A stretch of DNA of 55,043 nt from an uncultured virus (IMG/VR IMGVR_UViG_3300027833_000020) (lineage: Duplodnaviria; Heunggongvirae; Uroviricota; Caudoviricetes): IMG/VR virus record IMGVR_UViG_3300027833_000020; one strand, given 5' to 3'. Both the position numbers and the translations under genes were made by a program. Positions within the stretch are counted from its first letter, which is position 1; every line of letters begins with the position of its first letter. Positions 1 to 11,500 of this stretch are shown piece after piece. A model generated the notes under the pieces. That model was not told the DNA's origin and searched no databases. It worked only from the letters and a program-made list of their open reading frames with translations.

Positions 1-2117
1 CCTGTAGGCGTAACATCTGGAGTATAGTCATATTCGAATGATGCTCCACCGTATGCACCAGCAATACCCTGTGCTCCTTGAGTACCTTGGAATCCTTGAA
101 TACCCTGAACACCTTGTGCTCCTTGAGTACCTTGGAATCCTAAGAAACCTTGAACACCTTGTGAACCGGTTATACCTTGGATACCAGCATCACCGCGTGG
201 AACAAAGTTAATTAATGTTTTAGGACCGTGGCCACCACCGATTACATCAGTAGCCCAACTTGTGCTTGTTACACCGTATTGGCCAACATAAGTAATATCG
301 AACCAACCAAAAGTTTTACCACTGCCGTCCCAAGTAAAGTTTGAGAATTCGTATACAACCTGATGGTGTCCTGCAGGACCAGTGCCATCATCGAAACTTT
401 CGATTACAATAAGACCTTTACTAGCTCCAGGAATTGCAGCTAACCAATCAAACGTTTCATCAATATCGTTAGTGTAGTTATCTAAAGGAACGTCGTCAAG
501 CGTTAAGATTGTAGCAGTTGTAATATCGTTTGTATTAAGTTTCCAACCGCTTGTGCCTGGATCAGTAGATGCTGTAATATTACTTACAAAGTTCCACTCG
601 TGAGTTAAACCACCGTAGTGACCTACTGCACCTTGAATGCCTTGAATGCCCTGATGGCCTTGTGTTCCTTGGAATCCTTGTGTACCAACGTCGCCTTGTA
701 AACCCTGAAAGCCTTGGAAACCTTGTGTGCCCTGATGTCCTTGCGTTCCTTGCATCCCTTGAGCACCTTGTGTGCCCTGATGTCCTTGAGTACCTTGTGC
801 GCCTTGGAAACCTTGATCGCCTTGTAAGCCCTGTACACCTTGAGTTCCTTGCATCCCTTGAATGCCGGTAAAGCCTTGAATACCTTGTGCAGCTTGTGCA
901 CCTTGAATGCCTTGAACACCCTGTAAGCCTTGTACACCTTGAGTTCCTTGCGGGCCCTGTAGCCCTTGAGTTCCTTGAATACCTTGATCACCGGCTAAGC
1001 TGAATGCAACGAGAGTCGGAAGCTGTTGAGTAACACCAGCAGTTGGAGTATTTAATTGAACAAAATCACTCTTAATACCATCGCCTGATAAGAAAGTAAC
1101 ATCTAATTCCCAATAACCAGTTCTATCAGTTGCTCCCTGAATTTGGAAGATCATATAATTTGACGGGTTATTACGAAGAGTAACTTTCATAATACCTTTA
1201 TTTGTAGTACCAACTGCTGCTATTGCAGTAAAGAGACCTTCTAAGTTTACACTATAGAAAGCTTCGTCATCGATCCATATTTTTGTAACTGCGCTGAAAT
1301 TATCGGTTGGATTAGCAGCACCGTTCATGATCATATCGCCTGCGCCTGGATCGGCTTCTACAATACCATCGTCTATTCTATATTCTACTACGTGACCAGC
1401 ATCATCTCCACTAAATCCTTGGAAACCTGTATCACCTTGAATGCCTTGAATGCCTTGCATACCTTGGATTGACTGCGGTCCTTGAGTACCTTGGATACCA
1501 AAGTCGCCTTGGATACCTTGGACACCTTGCACTCCTTGTGGTCCCTGTGTCCCTTGCATGCCCTGTACACCCTGCAAGCCTTGAATACCTGTAGTACCCT
1601 GCGGCCCTTGAAAACCTTGGAAACCACGATAACCACGTGAACCCTGAATACCATCTGGACCTCTTTCGCCCTGTGCACCAGTGTCACCTTGTAAACCTGT
1701 AAAACCTTGTACGCCTCGGAATGAACCAACATTAACCCACGTTGTTCCATCATAAACCCAAAGCTCGTCATCAGCTTCATCTATAACTGCTTGACCTACA
1801 GTAGCTGATGCGAAAGCAGTATTTAATGTTGCTTGTGGATCTCCACCTGCGTCAACATCTGCAACTGACCCAATAACATCAAAACCAGGACCGTATGTGC
1901 CTTGCAGACCTTGAATTCCGCCGTCACCTTGTAATCCTTCTGTTCCTTGTATCCCTTGACCAACCGCGTTCCAAGCGGTACCGTTTGAAACATAAATTAA
2001 GCCGTCAGCTCCATATGCAACTGCACCTTCGTATGGTACCGGATCTAACTGTATTGGTACGGCTTGCGGTCTGCCTTGCCCAACAATTTTGCTTCCGCTG
2101 ATTGATCTAAATGCCAT
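1..2117 (-). CDS. Collagen-like tail fibre/virion protein (partial; runs off the left edge)
   Basis: Absent from the ORF track because it has no stop in the window. ATG at 2115-2117 overlaps the upstream TAA (TAATG). Manual translation gives MAFRSISGSKIVGQGRPQ..., then long (G-X-Q)n tracts such as GIQGLQGVQGMQGTQGPQG separated by globular spacers. Confidence 0.85.
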   Translation of the reverse strand, partial: MAFRSISGSKIVGQGRPQAVPIQLDPVPYEGAVAYGADGLIYVSNGTAWNAVGQGIQGTEGLQGDGGIQGLQGTYGPGFDVIGSVADVDAGGDPQATLNTAFASATVGQAVIDEADDELWVYDGTTWVNVGSFRGVQGFTGLQGDTGAQGERGPDGIQGSRGYRGFQGFQGPQGTTGIQGLQGVQGMQGTQGPQGVQGVQGIQGDFGIQGTQGPQSIQGMQGIQGIQGDTGFQGFSGDDAGHVVEYRIDDGIVEADPGAGDMIMNGAANPTDNFSAVTKIWIDDEAFYSVNLEGLFTAIAAVGTTNKGIMKVTLRNNPSNYMIFQIQGATDRTGYWELDVTFLSGDGIKSDFVQLNTPTAGVTQQLPTLVAFSLAGDQGIQGTQGLQGPQGTQGVQGLQGVQGIQGAQAAQGIQGFTGIQGMQGTQGVQGLQGDQGFQGAQGTQGHQGTQGAQGMQGTQGHQGTQGFQGFQGLQGDVGTQGFQGTQGHQGIQGIQGAVGHYGGLTHEWNFVSNITASTDPGTSGWKLNTNDITTATILTLDDVPLDNYTNDIDETFDWLAAIPGASKGLIVIESFDDGTGPAGHHQVVYEFSNFTWDGSGKTFGWFDITYVGQYGVTSTSWATDVIGGGHGPKTLINFVPRGDAGIQGITGSQGVQGFLGFQGTQGAQGVQGIQGFQGTQGAQGIAGAYGGASFEYDYTPDVTPT

Positions 2118-2539
2118 TATACGTCATCCTCTTCGGCTTGTCCTAGTGTGAATGATAATGTTGCATGTACTGCGTCATCAACTGAACACTTAAGATTTAA
2201 CAAATCGCCTGATTTAAAGAATTGCCCGTTAAGTGGCAATGGAATTGTGTCATAAGCTGGGAGTTGTAAGTTTCTAATAAGATAAAACTCATCGTTAGTA
2301 TCTTCTCTATGTACTTCTACATCACACATAACCGTGTTTGCAGTAATATTACATAAAATAAGAGGAGAAATTACCTCGCCAACTCCTGGCTCTATTGTTG
2401 TTGAACCCCCAAAGACTAGCTCTGGGACCTCATAGTTTGGTACTTCAATCATAGGCAGCCAGTTAGTCGTTAACATAAATGTTTTAGCGACTGGTTTGGC
2501 GTCAGGTGCCTGTGATGTTTTTATTGTAATAATTGCCAT
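2117..2539 (-). CDS. Hypothetical protein, probably virion-associated (140 aa)
   Basis: Clean ORF, coupled by TAATG overlaps to both the giant protein gene and the collagen fibre gene. Confidence 0.7.
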   Translation of the reverse strand: MAIITIKTSQAPDAKPVAKTFMLTTNWLPMIEVPNYEVPELVFGGSTTIEPGVGEVISPLILCNITANTVMCDVEVHREDTNDEFYLIRNLQLPAYDTIPLPLNGQFFKSGDLLNLKCSVDDAVHATLSFTLGQAEEDDV

Positions 2540-5500
2540 TATAGTGCTGCCCTTGAGTTAGAAGCTCTTCTTGCGAGTTTTCGTACTGATGATGTAAACG
2601 GTCTACCTTCGATACGACCTGTTCTACCATTAATTTTCAATCCTCGTGCGAAGTACTGGTTATTTAATTCATCTGATCCAGACCATCTGATTCTACCACC
2701 ATTTTCTGATAATACCGAAGCATTAGCACCGATAGCAGCACCCACGTTTCTGAAGTTCAGCGGTAAGGCGTTTCTGTTAACACCTGCCGATGCACCGTTA
2801 AACTGGTGAGCAATAGATTCAACCAACGATCCAAAGACTAGGAAGTCAGGTCGTATAATACTATCTATAATTACGTTATCAATCAATTCTGTTACCATTG
2901 TTCTGTGTGGTGTGTCTGGAGCAATATTGTTATTTATATAAGTTTTCATCTGTGTCCAAGCACCAGTGAAGGCTGCTAACAACTCAGTGTTATTTGTTCC
3001 AGCCGTTGCCCAAGTGGTACCAGTCCAGTAGAATATTTCTCCCACATAACGATTTACATTATTATCAGTTGGGATAATATAACAATCCCATCTCTTAACT
3101 GTGCTTGTCGCCGGAACTGCTGTAAGTAGATCACGTGCTGCTGCATCAACAACAGTACCTTTAAATCTTAGCCTACGCCAATTAGCAAACGATGCCGGTG
3201 GATTAAACACTGGGAATACATGCTGAGCGTCAATATTAAACAATGCACCAACGAAGGATCTTGAAGCTGCATCTGCACCTGCTCCACCTTGCGCATTATT
3301 ATATGTGTTAGTAGGATTAAGCGATGGATCAGTATATCTAAAGTCGTTACCGATAATTTTAATAAAGTTACCAGCATCACGATATGTTTTAGGTAGATCA
3401 ATAAACTTGTATTCTGCAGTAATAAATCTTTGTACTTCACGTTGTATTCTACTCTTATTGCTATCAAGAATATCCTTAGCAAAGTTGAAAGTTTTATTAG
3501 TTTCCCAAGCAAAGTTTGGATTAATAGTTGGTCCAAGCTTGTTAACAGTATTATAGAATAGTGCGTTATAGAAGATTAAACCTAGATCATTTGCTTGTGT
3601 AGACTGTACTTCAGTACCAAGTTCTGATCTAATAACCTGACCAGGATAAGTACCTCTAACAACCTGTGATACGATTCTACCAAGTTGACGATATGCTTGC
3701 GCAGTTGCTGCTCTTGTATCTTCAGGAACTCTTAATTCGTTATTCCAGAAGTAGAAGGCTGCATTCCATCTAGTAGCAAGGTTACCGCCGTAGTTAAGAT
3801 CCCAGCTCATAGCGTCTAGAATATATCCTGCATCTCTACGACATTTCGCTTTGCTGTAATCAACAATAGTAAATGTGTCTTTCAAGAATTGAGTTACATC
3901 ATCTGCTAATTCGTCAAGATTATCATCAATCTGTGCTGCTGCCCATATCTTAGAAGCGTCAACCCAAGAAGTGTTAGGATCAGTAATTGCTGGGATAACA
4001 TCTATACTATCTCTGCGTACTGCATCTTCAACGATTCTTGTAAGATCTGCTACTTCTTCGGCTTCAACTGCGGTTGCTGCTGTGTAAGTTGTAGTATCTT
4101 GTGTTGTAGAACTATGACTTAATACTGCAGTATCGATTGTTCCACCAATTACGATCTTTTCTACCGTGTCTGCTAATTCAGTGAAGAACCTAGCAGTTTG
4201 TTGTCTTTGATCAACCGGTAATACTGATACAGCATTTACAAAGTAAAGACCTGCAGTTTGAACCATAGCGTAATTTGTTGAGTAGTTAACATCGTGTGAT
4301 AATGCATCAATTATTGTACCAACATCTCTACGACATTTCTCTTTAGAGTAACTAATACCGTTATAAGTATCGTAAATGTATGTTTGTAGATCAGTTGCCA
4401 TTTGAACTGTGCCATTATCAATAGCGTTCTTAGCAGCAAGAATATCTGCATCAATCCAGTTTGTGAATGGATCAACTCTTGCAGGTATTGCTGCTGGGTT
4501 GTTATCATCTGCAACTTTACTTAGCATTAATGCAAGGTTCATAACCTCAGTACCAATTGTTCTTCTGGCTGCTATAGTTGGCATTTCTTGCTTTATTGGG
4601 TTGCCGATAACTTGAGTAATTGCATTTAATGATGCTCTTACGAATGTATGGGCTCCGCCACCTTTACCGTAAGCAACTTTACCAACCTGCATAGTGATTG
4701 TAGTAGCATCAGTTGCAGTAATTAGATATGGTGCATTATAGTATGGATCACCTAGTTGTGGTGATGGATGTTCAGCAATGTCACCGTCTAAGCTACATGT
4801 GAATACAATACTTTCAGGAGCAATCATTACATGATCACCAACTTTAAGCTTATGTCCTGCGCCTAGTGTTGCAGTAAAGATTCCAGTATCAGGATTATAT
4901 GTAGCACCAGTTGGGCTAAATTGATTTCCAAGATCACGTGGGATATATTCGTTACGTACAACATGTTGAACAACTTTAGCCATATATTCGAAGGCTTCTC
5001 TTGTTGCTTTACGTTGATCAATCGGTAAGATATTTACTGCATTCTTAAAGTAAAGTTCTGCAGTACCGTGCATTGCAGAGTTACCACCATATTGAATATC
5101 GTGTGATATAGCATCTACAATATAACCTGTATCTCTACGACATCTCTCTTCAGAGTATTGTAGGAATGCAAAGTTATCACTTAAGTATTGAACAACCGCT
5201 CCACCAAGTGTATCCTTACGTCCAAGGATAAGAGCAACTGACTCTTCTTGATCATAACCAGTTGCAGTTGCATCGGTTACTGCTGCTTCTCTAACTTGTG
5301 GTAGATTGATTAATGAATCTTCAGAAATAATATCTGCTACGATCTTAATCAGTAATTCAACTTCAATACCTGAGGCTCCAACAACGTTACCGAATCCAGA
5401 AGTTACCTGAGCAACTGAGTTTCCAGTAGTAGGAGTTACTGTTTGTTTAAGAACAACTTTCTCTGCTACTGCTGCTAAGTGATTATATAGAGCGGCAGTT

Positions 5501-8500
5501 GGTGCTCTTTGTGCTTCAGGTAATCCAACGTTAATACCGTTTTCAAAGTAAAGCTTAGCAAAATCTCTCATTGCAACATTAGAACCATGTCTAATATCGT
5601 AAGCTGTAGCTTCAATTAATAGTCCTGTATCTCTTCTACATTTTGCTTCATCATATACTAAGCTTGCATTATTAAGTGCAATCCAAGAAATTGCTTCTTG
5701 CTGAATAAACGGTATGTTAAGAGTTAAGCCGGCTGTTGCAGAACTATCTGAAGGACCTACATTAGCAAATCCGTAATCGTAAGTAATTCCAGCAGTACCG
5801 TTCTTCATGATATTGATTACATTAGTAAATGCTGCTGTTGCTCTTGTTAATGCAACACCTGCAAGTCTTGGTAAAATATCATCTCTTACATATTCAATAG
5901 CTTCAACTGTTTCTGCTAACTGAGACTCAATTACATTTTGTGCAAGTGCTGTACCTACACGATAAGCTCTACCGTAGTATTGTGAAGGATAATCAGAACC
6001 AGTCTGAACATCTCTTGCAACTGCATCAATAATGAATCCTACGTCTCTAGCACATTTTGCTTCGTCGTAAGTGTAGTTATTATCTCGAACAAATCTAACA
6101 ACTTCTTCTTGAATAAACTCTCTGTTCCATTGTAATGATTTTCTTGCGAATGTTCTGCTTGGTTCCATAAGAGGAGCTGTTGCAGCATTTGCAATTGGTA
6201 ATGGATAAGGTGTTTGCTGACCAAGTGATATATCAAGTGATCCTGTATAATCTGGAACTACTAATCTATCATCTACGATATTAGCAATAACCAGTGCAAG
6301 AGTCTTAGCTTCAAGTGCAGTTGCTGCATCGGCTGCTGCTAGTTTAACATTTTGCTTAACAAGGTTACCAGTAACTTCGCTAATAGCGTTAGTTAATGCA
6401 CTTACGAATGTATGTGCTCCTGTGTATGCTCCTGCATTACCAACCCACAATGTGATTGTTGTTGCATCGGCACCAATAACTGGGCAAGCTTTATTAAAGA
6501 ATCTATGATGTGATTCTGGGCTTGCGTGGTTTGCTGGACCAGAACCATTATCGCATGAGAATGTAATTGCGTCTGGTTTGAACCAAACGTGATCAGCAGT
6601 TGTAAGAGTGTGAGTACCAATAGTAGCAACCATAATACCAGTTACTGGATCGTAAGTAGCATTAGTTGGTGTAAACTGTGCACCAAAGTGTGGCTCTTGT
6701 ACTTCGTTCTTAATAACTTTTTCCATAACATTAGCGATGTGTGTGAACGCTAATTTTGATGGTTCTCTTTGATAATATGGTAAAGTATTTACTGCACCTT
6801 CAAAGTAGTATCTTGCAGAGTGTACCGTAGCACTATCGCCACCATACTCTAGATCTTCTGAGATTGCATCAACAATGTAACCAACGTCTCTAGAACATTT
6901 AGCAACTTCATAACCGTGACCTGCATATGTTTCGTAGATGTAATCGATGATTTCAGTTTGATACTTAGGTTTCTGACCTATGATCGCTTCTGCTGCTACT
7001 AGGGCAGGTGTTTCTATAACTGTTGGAACTGTACCATCATTTTGTTCGATGGTCTCACCAATTTGAGCAAATAAGTTTACAGCTCTAGTAGAAGTATCTA
7101 CATCTAGTGATCTTCTTACACCGTTTGTTGTAGCACTTACAAATGTATGTACCGCATCGACTGTAGCAGGGCCAACTTGTAATGTAATAGTTGTGCTTGT
7201 TACTGAGTCAATTCTAACTGGTTTGTTAAAGATTGGATCAGTTGGACGTGGGTGAGATAAGTTGCCACCACCGTTGCTTGCGCAGTTAAGTGTAATAGCA
7301 TTTTCATCAAAGATTACATAATCGCCTTTAGCAAATCTGTGTCTAGCACCTAATGTCATTGTCATAACACCAGTCATATGTGCGTATGCAATGTCTGTTG
7401 GTGTATAAGCATCTGCCATATTAGCAGCTCTAACACTATCGGCTATAGCACTAACAAAACTGTGTACGTCAGTATTAGTTCCGGCTGAGCCAGCATTTAC
7501 TGTAATAGTTTGAGCAGTTTTTGCTGTAATAATGAATGGCTTACCGAGTTTAGGATCATTAGCATTTGGATGCGAATCAGTACCACCACCATTAAATCCA
7601 CACTGGAATGTAATAGCATTAGGGTCGATAGTAATACGATCGTTAACTTCGAAAGTATGTACACCAATTGTTAATTCCATAATACCAGTTACTGGATCGT
7701 AAGTAGCATTTGCTGGGCTGAATGATTCTTCTTCAGTTAATATTTGATTTACAACACCTTGTAAAGGAGTAACTGTTTCGCCTCTTACAATTTGTCCTAC
7801 TAAGTAAGAAACAAACTCATATGCGCCTGACGTTGGAACAATTTCACCATCACTTAATACTGGTAAAGCATTTTCAAAGTAAAGTCTTGAATTATTTACT
7901 GTAGCAGCGTTACCACCGTGTTGTAAATCCCAAGAAGCTGTATCGACAAAGATACCTAAGTCTCTTTCACAAGCAACTTGACTATATACAAATCCAGGAT
8001 GATTAGCAGTAATCCAAGCAATAACTTCTTTTTGTATGAATGCTTTGTTAACTCTTAATGCATGAGCACCGTTGAATGAATCATCTGATAATGAAGCTCC
8101 ACCAAAGTTAACATCATCAGCAGCAGCATTTCCGTTTGTCATAATGTCGATAATTTCATCGAATGCAGCATTTGATATTGTGATTTGATTAGCGTCAGTT
8201 AATACTTCAGTTGCAATTTTATCTTTTAACCAAGTAATAGCACCGACTGTTTGAGTAAGCTGGTTATTAACTACGTTGTTTGCACCAACCGTACCAATTC
8301 TATAACCTTTACCAACATATATGGAGTTAACATTTGAGTTAGTTGCAATGTCTCTGGCTACAGCATTTAAGATATAACCTGTGTCTCGCATACACTTATC
8401 TTTGTCATAGATGAAGTAATTATCATTCATATATGCATCGACTTCAGCTTGTAGATATGCTTTGTTCTTCTGCAAGATTCTAGATGCGTATACACCTTGT

Positions 8501-11500
8501 TGAGAACCTGCAACCTTAATGACTGCACCTTCGTCAGCACTTACAAATGTATGTACGTCTGTGTTTGTACCAGCAGATCCAACATTAACTGTTACTGTAT
8601 TAGTAGTCGTTGCACTAATTGCTAATGGTAACTTATATGCAAAGTCTCCAATACGTGGTGAGAAGTCATTGCCTCCACCGTTTGCAGCACAACTAAATAC
8701 AAAGCTTTGTGGCTGTAATTCGATATGATCGTCAGTTGTAAGATCATGTGATGGAAGAGTAACTACAAATTCACCAGTTACTGGATCGTATGTTGCAGTT
8801 GTTGGAGTATAAGCTTTTAATACTTTAGCAGGATCTGAGAAGTATAATGCGTTAGCATCGATACAATCTGCATCTGCGCTTACGAAAGTATGGTTATTAG
8901 CGTGGCCATTTGCATTACCTACGTTAACTGTAATTGTGTCTGTAGTAATTGCTTTAACTCTTACTGGCTCTTTATAAGCTGGGTGGTCGTATAATGGAGC
9001 AGCATCTGTTCCTGTTACACCACCAACATCACAACTAAATACCATTGATTCAGGAGCAATTTCAATCCACTTACCTACTGGTAAATCATGTGAACCGATT
9101 GTAAGAACCATGTCGCCTGATACTGGATCGTATGTAGCAGTTTGTGGAGTGAATGTACCTGTCCACATGTCACCTTCGCGAACCGCATTAGATGTTGCTG
9201 ATACAAAAGTATGGACTGATGTGTCACTTGACTCACCAACGTTTAGTGTAATTGTTGTTGCATCTCTATCAGAAATCTTAACAGGTTTCTTATAAGCAGG
9301 ATGTCTTTTTTCTGCTTGTATAGCATTTGTTGCTGCTGATACAAAGGTATGAAGTCCACCACCGTTTACAACACTACCAACATTCATATGAATAGTGAAA
9401 CCGTCAACTCTGTCGATAACGATTTGTTTCTTATAGAATGGGTGATGTGATTCAGGTGCTGGGTGATTAGTTACATTATCATCCATTGCACAAGTAAATA
9501 CAATTGAGTTTGGCTTGAACTCTACAAGATCACCAGCTTTAAGAGCATTTGATCCGATATTTACACTAAACTCACCAGTGGCTGGATCATATGACGCAGT
9601 TGTAGGAGTATAGTTAATAAATTCAGTTGTTGGATAAGAATGCTCAGTTGTATTACCGTCAAGTGCACATGTGAATGTTAAACTATTTGGCTCAATGAAT
9701 ACACTATCACCTATGGCAAAATCGTGAGTACCAATCGTAAGTACTGTTGTACCTGAAGCTGGACTATATACTGCATTTGTAGGAGTATACTTCTTGCCAT
9801 TGTTGTTGAGCAATCTTGACATTTCGTCGAATGATTCGTTAGCTCTATTTCCAGCAATTGAGTTACTTACTAAAGCTGCTGTTTGTGTTTTAAGATAGTC
9901 AATTGAACCAACTGTTTGAGCTAATTGATCAGTAACACTTACCTCACCAGACTTAGTACGATAAGCTGCACCAGTTTGGATTGCGTTATAGTTTGTTCCA
10001 AGCAATACATCTCTTTGAACTGCAGGTAAGATATACTCTTCTGTATCTCTGTGGCATTTCTTGCTGTCATAGAAGTAGAATTCATTGTCTACCCAATCAG
10101 CCATATAATCTTGTACGAACTCTCTGTTGACTTGTAGTTGCTTACGAGCATTACGCTTAGCAACTGGGATGCCACTATTATCAGAGAAAGTAATTGCTTC
10201 ACCAATAACTGATACTGCATCATCTTTAGCACTTACAAATCTATGTTCGTAATTAGCATGTGTTAATCCAGGATTAACTGTAATTGTTTTTGCTGATACT
10301 TCAATAATTGGTAGTGCTGCAAGATAAGCTTTTTCAGATGTTCTTGGATGACTAATTTGAGTTTTAAAGTTATCGCTTGAGCATGTGAATGTGAAACTCT
10401 CTTTTGCAAGGTTTACATATCTACCAACTGCTAAATCGTGAGTACCGATTGTAATAACCATACGACCAGTAACTGGATCATAAGTTGTTTTTGTTGGAGT
10501 ATACTTTGTACCTGAGTTAGCAAGAGCACCGATAATTGTATTGAATGACTTATAAGCATCAACTGCTGCAGGTGCAGAGTTAGCTTGAATAAGTTCATCA
10601 GTTGTTTTACGTAATCTTTCAAATGCTGCTACTGTTTCATTTCTCTGATTTTCAAGAGATGTTCTGGCAGTATTAACATAATATGCTAAACCAGTAGTAA
10701 CTGCATTGTAGTTTGTATCCAGCATCATGTCGAATTTAGTTGCTGGTAAGATATATTCTTTTACGTCTCTTTCACACTTAACACCGTCGTAAGCATAGAA
10801 TTCGTCGTTATTGTCAATCCAATCTACGAATTCGTCTATGATTAATGCTCTGTTATCTTGAACAAGCTCTCTAGATGCAACAGCATCTGTATCGCCAGTA
10901 TTAGCAAAGATAATAGGATCGGCTGCATCTTCACCATTTTGAAGAATATTTAATGTTTGATCAAGAGATCTGTCTAAACGTGTTTGTACTTCGGCTGTTT
11001 GCTCGTTAGTAAAGATGTGTTCGATTTCACCTTTAATATGATTGATTGAACCAACAGTCTCAGTCATTTGATCGTTAACAACAATGTAAGAGATTGGCGA
11101 ACGATATGTGATACCGTTTAAGCGACCCCAGTAGTTAGAGTTTGTTGCAACGTCGTAAGATGCAGAATCAACAATTAATCCTGTATCTCTGAAACATTTA
11201 TCAGCATTATAACCTTGGTAACCAAGACCAGGTGCTCCGTTGAATCCTGTTGTAGTATTAGCAGTCAAGTAATGAATCATATCATCTACGATTTCACCTT
11301 GATTTGCGTCAAGAGTATCAGCGAATGCAGAGTTAGAAATTAGATTTACTGCTACGCCGTTAACTTGAGTTGCTTGAGCAGGTTTAATAATAACCGTACT
11401 ACCGCGTGCTCTCATTGAGATGTCACCAAACTGTGAACCAGAGTTGTTCAATGTCATTTGGCCACCGTCTAGTGCAAAGAAAGCCTGACGTGTAAAGATT

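Noticed and set aside
60..1000. Short direct repeats (ccttg-based, e.g. ccttgtgtgccctgatgtccttg) suggesting a CRISPR or tandem array
   Set aside because: The 9-nt periodicity comes from CAA-GGN codons; there is no constant repeat with unique spacers.
623..1780. K/V/R-rich ORFs 623-991 and 1388-1780 (-), and ORF 662-871 (+)
   Set aside because: They are shifted-frame or antisense readings of the G-X-Q collagen codons of the 1-2117 gene.
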